Made by a program: the position numbers and the translations under genes. Of a stretch of DNA of 64,000 nucleotides, positions 59,605 through 64,000 are shown in pieces. The notes under the pieces were generated by a model. The model worked only from the letters and a program-made list of their open reading frames with translations, made no database searches and was not told where the DNA came from. Every line of letters starts with the position of its first letter. The first letter of the stretch is position 1. Source of the DNA: Chloroflexota bacterium (GTDB taxonomy: Bacteria; Chloroflexota; UBA11872); the NCBI GenBank assembly GCA_965262745.1, contig OZ253558.1:1623735-1687734 (forward strand), read 5' to 3'.

Positions 59605-60507
59605 ATGGCCACCGCCGAGCTCGTCCCGGCCCGACTACGCGGCGCCCTGGATTTACCCGGCCGGCGCGTTGCCGCCGTGTGGTACCAGGTGAGTCAAAAC
59701 ACTCTCACCGTCATTGGCCTGATCTTGATCGCGATCGTGGTGGTGTTCGCCATCTTCGCGCCCCTGATCGCGCCGGCGAACCCAGTGAGCGGCGACCTGC
59801 TCAATACCACGCAACCACCGTCCTCGCAGCACCTCATGGGAACGGATCAGTTTGGTCGAGACATCTTCTCGCGGGTTGTGCACGGGGCGCGGGTCGACCT
59901 GGCGGTGGCGAGCATTGTGGTGTCCGTCGCGTTCGTGCTGAGCGTGGTGCTGGGCGCCTTGGCCGGGTTCGCCGGTCGCCTGCTGGACGAATTGGTCATG
60001 CGAGCCATGGACGTCGTGTTTTCGTTTCCCCCGCTGATCCTGGCCATCGGCATCGCCGTGACTATCCGGCAAGGCGGCATGCTCAGCTTGGTAGTTGCCC
60101 TGACGGTCATCGCCATCCCGCCGATGGTGCGGATCACGCGGGCTGAGATTCTCCACCGCAAGGAGAGCCTGTATGTGGAAGCCGCCCGCGCCATCGGCAG
60201 TTCACCGTTGCGTGTCTTGGCGGTTCACCTGGTGCCCAACTCGTTGCCGCCATTGGTGGTGCAGGCCACGCTGACGTTCGGCTACGTGATCTTGGAGACG
60301 GCGGGGCTGAGTTTCATCGGCGTGGGCGTCAAACCGCCGGCCCCCGAGTGGGGCATCATGGTCAGCGAGGGTTCGCCCTATGTCCGTACGGGCGAGTGGT
60401 GGATCTCCCTGTTTCCCGGGCTCATGATCTTCGTCACCGTGCTCGGGTTCAATCTGGTCGGCAACGGCTTGCTGGACGTGCTCAATCCGCGGCGGCGGCG
60501 ACAGTGA
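59605..60507 (+). CDS. ABC transporter permease (DppC/OppC-like)
   Basis: Permease with N-terminal OppC-type extension; stop overlaps the next start (GTGA). Confidence 0.85.
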   Translation: MATAELVPARLRGALDLPGRRVAAVWYQVSQNTLTVIGLILIAIVVVFAIFAPLIAPANPVSGDLLNTTQPPSSQHLMGTDQFGRDIFSRVVHGARVDLAVASIVVSVAFVLSVVLGALAGFAGRLLDELVMRAMDVVFSFPPLILAIGIAVTIRQGGMLSLVVALTVIAIPPMVRITRAEILHRKESLYVEAARAIGSSPLRVLAVHLVPNSLPPLVVQATLTFGYVILETAGLSFIGVGVKPPAPEWGIMVSEGSPYVRTGEWWISLFPGLMIFVTVLGFNLVGNGLLDVLNPRRRRQ

Positions 60508-61502
60508 GCGCCGAGGGTCCCCTGCTCCGGGTCTCCGAGTTGCAGGTTCACTTCGGCACTCGCGAGGGCACGCTCGAGGCAGTGGATCGCATCAGCTTCG
60601 AGATCGGATCCAATGAGACCTTCGGTCTCGTCGGCGAGAGCGGTTCCGGAAAGTCGGTCACCGCCCTCTCGATCCTGGGGCTGGTGCCTCCGCCCGGGCG
60701 CATCGTGGGGGGCGACGTGGTCTTTGGCGGTCGCAACCTGCGCCAGCTCCCGGAGCGCGTGTTGCGCACCATCCGTGGACGCGAGATCGGAATGATCTTC
60801 CAGAATCCCCGGGCTTCTCTCGATCCGGTGCGCACGGTGGCGGTGCAGCTCTCCCGCGCGTTGCGCGCCCATCACGATCTTGGCCGAGCCGAAGTCCGCC
60901 GCCAGTCCATTCAGACGTTGCGCGACCTCGGCATGCCCGACCCCGAGGCAGCGCTCACGATGTACCCGCATCAACTCTCGGGGGGCATGTGCCAGCGCGT
61001 GATGGTCGCGATGATGCTGTCCTCGAGTCCGCGGCTGCTAATCGCCGATGAGCCGACCACGGCGCTGGACGAGACCGTGGGCGCGCAGCTCCTGGAGCAC
61101 CTCCGCCTATTCAAGGAGACGTATGGCGCCTCCATCCTGTTGATCACGCACGACATGGGCGTCATTGCCGAGATGTGCGATCGCGTGGCCGTGATGCACG
61201 CCGGGCACGTCGTCGAGGTCGGGCCGGTTGGCGCCGTCTTTCGAGATCCCCGCCACCCCTACACGCGCGCGCTGTTGGATTCGACATTGCGTGTTGATCG
61301 CGATCGCCCACTGTCGGACATCGAGCGCATTCCGGGAGTCGTTCCCAACCTGTTGCGTCCGCCGCCGGGCTGCCGATTCGCCGACCGCTGTGCGTACGTG
61401 CTGCCGGTCTGCCGGCCGGTGAGACCCTCGAGGCTAGAAGTGGCGCCGGGTCATCACGTCCTCTGCCAGGAGACGGTTATCCGTGAATTCGCCGCTCCTT
61501 AG
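60504..61502 (+). CDS. ABC transporter ATP-binding protein (DppD/OppD-like)
   Basis: Walker A GESGSGKS, LSGGMCQRV signature, oligopeptide C-terminal domain; GTG start. Confidence 0.85.
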   Translation: MSAEGPLLRVSELQVHFGTREGTLEAVDRISFEIGSNETFGLVGESGSGKSVTALSILGLVPPPGRIVGGDVVFGGRNLRQLPERVLRTIRGREIGMIFQNPRASLDPVRTVAVQLSRALRAHHDLGRAEVRRQSIQTLRDLGMPDPEAALTMYPHQLSGGMCQRVMVAMMLSSSPRLLIADEPTTALDETVGAQLLEHLRLFKETYGASILLITHDMGVIAEMCDRVAVMHAGHVVEVGPVGAVFRDPRHPYTRALLDSTLRVDRDRPLSDIERIPGVVPNLLRPPPGCRFADRCAYVLPVCRPVRPSRLEVAPGHHVLCQETVIREFAAP

Positions 61503-62493
61503 CGTCACCAAGCTGTTCAAGTATTTCTCCACGCGCGGTCAGCGCGAGCTCCGTGGGACGCCCGAGCAGCTCCGACACGACGGGCCGCTGCGCGCGGTGG
61601 ACGGGGTGACGTTTGAGGTGCGCAAGCACGAGACCTTTGGGCTGGTGGGGGAGAGCGGCTGCGGCAAGTCCACGTTGGGAAGGTGCATCCTGCGGCTGCT
61701 CCAGCCCACCGCCGGATCGGTCGTGTTTGGCGACGAGGACGTGACGCAGGCCACCGACCAGCGGTTGCGCGAATTGCGTCGTCGCATGCAAATCGTCTTC
61801 CAGGACGCCGGCCAATCGCTGAGCCCGATGCGAAACGTCCAAGCCACCCTGGCCGAGCCGCTGCGCATCCACGCTCTGGCCCGCGGCCCGGCCGTGGGAA
61901 CGCGCGTGCTCGAGCTGCTGGGCCAAGTGGGGCTCGAACCGATGCACCGCAGCCGGTATCCACATCAGCTGAGCGGCGGCCAGCAGCAACGGGTGGCGAT
62001 CGCGCGGGCCCTGGCGACCGAGCCCGACTTCATCGTCCTGGACGAACCGACCTCGGCCCTGGACTCATCCTTGAAGCTCACCGTCGTCGATCTGCTGGAG
62101 CAGGTCCAGGGGGCGACCGGAGTTTCCTACCTGCTGATCTCGCATGACCTCACCATCGTGCGGCACACCTGCGACCGTGTGGCGGTGATGTATCTCGGAG
62201 CGATCGTCGAAATAGGCGCCACCGCGCGAATCTTCGACGACGCCTTGCACCCGTACACGCAGGCGCTGATCGCGTCGATACCGATCCCGGATCCGTTCAC
62301 CAAACGGGAGCGCATCTTGCTGCCGGGCGAACCGCCCAGCCCCGCCAACATTCCCACCGGGTGCCGCTTCCAGACGCGCTGCTCGTTCGTGATGGACCGT
62401 TGTCGACGCGATGAACCGTCGCTGCTGGAAGCCAAGCCAGGCCATCGGGTCGCCTGCTTCCTCTACTCCGAGCCGGAGGTGGCGCCGACATGA
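61483..62493 (+). CDS. ABC transporter ATP-binding protein (DppF/OppF-like)
   Basis: Walker [25 protein letters not shown] signature. Confidence 0.85.
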   Translation: MNSPLLSVTKLFKYFSTRGQRELRGTPEQLRHDGPLRAVDGVTFEVRKHETFGLVGESGCGKSTLGRCILRLLQPTAGSVVFGDEDVTQATDQRLRELRRRMQIVFQDAGQSLSPMRNVQATLAEPLRIHALARGPAVGTRVLELLGQVGLEPMHRSRYPHQLSGGQQQRVAIARALATEPDFIVLDEPTSALDSSLKLTVVDLLEQVQGATGVSYLLISHDLTIVRHTCDRVAVMYLGAIVEIGATARIFDDALHPYTQALIASIPIPDPFTKRERILLPGEPPSPANIPTGCRFQTRCSFVMDRCRRDEPSLLEAKPGHRVACFLYSEPEVAPT

Positions 62494-64000
62494 GCCAGAG
62501 CCTAGCCGTGGATATCGGCGGCACGTTCACCGACCTCGTGCTGTTCGACCATGAGACGCGGGCGCTGCGGGTGGCCAAGTCGTCCTCGAGCCCCGACGCT
62601 CTTGCTGAGGGCGTGTTGGCGTGCCTGGCGAGCTCCAGCGTCGAGCTTGCCGAGGTCGACTTCTTCGTGCACGGCACCACCATCGGTCTCAACGCCATTC
62701 TCGAAGGCAAGGGCGCCCCGACCGGGCTCGTGACCACTAGGGGCTTTCGCGATGTCTACGCGATCGGCCGCATGGACAAGCCCGATATGTACAGCTACGT
62801 CTACCAGAAGCCTCGACCGCTCGTGCAGCGGGACCTGGTGTTCGAGATCGACGAGCGGATCGACGCGTTCGGCCAGGTGCTCGTTCCGCTCGACACGGCG
62901 GAGGTTGAGGCAACGGCGGGGGCGCTCACGGAGCGCGGGGTGCGCTCGGTGGCGGTTTGCACCCTGCACGCCTATGCGAATCCGACGCATGAGCTGGAGC
63001 TCAAACGAATCCTCGAACAGCACATGGATGGGGTGAGCATCTCGCTCTCTCACGAAGTCAGCGGGGAATGGCGCGAGTACGAGCGCACCAGCACCGTGGT
63101 CATGAACGCCTACTTGCAGCCGTTGATCACCGCATATCTGGAAGAGCTTGAGCGCCAACTTGCCCGGCGCGGGTTTCTCCGCTCGCTCTATGTGATGCAG
63201 TGCAACGGCGGCATCATGAACACGGCCGTGGCCAAGACCCGGTCGATACAGACGTTGCTGTCCGGTCCGGCGGGCGGCGCGATCGGCGCGTCGCAGGTGG
63301 CTCGTCGGCTGGGTGATGCCGACATGATCAGCCTCGACATGGGCGGCACGAGCTGCGACGTGAGTCTGGTCATCGACGGCGACGTGGGCCTGACCACCGA
63401 CACGGACATCAACCGGCTGCCCGTGCTGGTGCCCATGCTGCAAGTGAACGCCATCGGCGCCGGTGGCGGCTCCCTGGCGCGGGTGGAGTTCGGCGGTTCC
63501 CTGCGGGTCGGTCCGCAGAGCGCCGGCGCGCGGCCGGGTCCGGCCTGCTATGGACGCGGCGGCCGGGAGCCCACCGTCACCGATGCCAACCTGGTGCTCG
63601 GGCGCATCAGTGCGGATACGTTCGCAGACCTGGGACTCCAGATCCAGCCCGATCTGGCCGCCGAGGCGGTGACGCGCGGCGTGGCCGAGCCCCTGAGCAT
63701 GAGCCTTGAGCAAGCGGCCGAAGGGATCGTGCGACTCGTGACGAACCACATGGCCAATGCGGTGCGCGAGATCACCATCGGCCGCGGGCTGTCCCCCGGT
63801 GACTTCAGCCTGCTCGCCTTTGGCGGCGCGGGGCCGATGCACGCGGTCGGCATTGCGCGGGAAATCGGAGTCGCCAAGGTGGTTGTCCCGGCGGCGCCGG
63901 GAACGTTCTCCGCGTGGGGCATGTTGTTCGCGGACTTTCGGCAGGATTTGGTTCGAACCGTTGTAGTCGCCGCCGACAGCGGCTCTCTGTGTGAGATCGA
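62490..64000 (+). CDS. Hydantoinase/oxoprolinase family protein (HyuA-like), 3'-truncated by the window edge
   Basis: [18 protein letters not shown].. N-terminus typical of the hydantoinase A/oxoprolinase family; ATG overlaps the preceding stop (ATGA); the ORF runs off the window. Confidence 0.8.
   Translation, partial: MSQSLAVDIGGTFTDLVLFDHETRALRVAKSSSSPDALAEGVLACLASSSVELAEVDFFVHGTTIGLNAILEGKGAPTGLVTTRGFRDVYAIGRMDKPDMYSYVYQKPRPLVQRDLVFEIDERIDAFGQVLVPLDTAEVEATAGALTERGVRSVAVCTLHAYANPTHELELKRILEQHMDGVSISLSHEVSGEWREYERTSTVVMNAYLQPLITAYLEELERQLARRGFLRSLYVMQCNGGIMNTAVAKTRSIQTLLSGPAGGAIGASQVARRLGDADMISLDMGGTSCDVSLVIDGDVGLTTDTDINRLPVLVPMLQVNAIGAGGGSLARVEFGGSLRVGPQSAGARPGPACYGRGGREPTVTDANLVLGRISADTFADLGLQIQPDLAAEAVTRGVAEPLSMSLEQAAEGIVRLVTNHMANAVREITIGRGLSPGDFSLLAFGGAGPMHAVGIAREIGVAKVVVPAAPGTFSAWGMLFADFRQDLVRTVVVAADSGSLCEI

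Overview
This 64-kb window is high-GC (about 68%) and reads like a monoderm Chloroflexota- or Actinobacteria-like chromosome; the lineage cannot be settled from this window alone. It is densely coding, with many 4-bp start/stop overlaps.

**Core genes, in order**
- An archease-RtcB RNA-repair pair, followed by molybdopterin/tungstopterin genes (MoeA, MoaC), a tungsten-type aldehyde:ferredoxin oxidoreductase with a coupled MoaD/ThiS-like gene, and acetyl-CoA synthetase.
- comF-accD-accA, clpC, and a gyrA homolog.
- An ABC-2 exporter (ATPase plus two permeases), an L,D-transpeptidase, and three lipoprotein c-type cytochromes with Pro/Thr-rich linkers.
- A cluster of three phytanoyl-CoA-dioxygenase-like paralogs.
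- A GntR regulator, a Dpp/Opp-type ABC importer and the start of a hydantoinase.

**Accessory or unusual content**
- A tRNA-Val(CAC) with an IS5-family element inserted right after it, followed by a lower-GC stretch holding a frameshifted MpaB-like remnant and a Doc/ribbon-helix-helix toxin-antitoxin pair.
- Two tandem paralogous lipoprotein thiol-disulfide oxidoreductases. Each carries an in-frame TGA exactly where the first Cys of the CxxC motif should be, so both are candidate selenoproteins (UxxC). Each is paired with a cytochrome c copy, one of which is a degenerate remnant.
- A tandem duplication of a DUF4349/DUF11 lipoprotein gene that kept a roughly 120-bp pseudo-copy of the gyrA 3' end at the junction.
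- A roughly 1.8-kb low-GC islet flanked by 32-bp imperfect direct repeats that duplicate the 3' end of a MocA-type oxidoreductase gene. It sits between that gene and a cupin gene and carries a membrane-anchored, highly charged coiled-coil protein plus an HNH-nuclease-domain protein. This is the best candidate for an undescribed two-gene system; it could also be a phage remnant.
- A frameshifted AbiEii-like toxin pseudogene next to a tRNA T-arm-like remnant.

No CRISPR array and no rRNA were seen.
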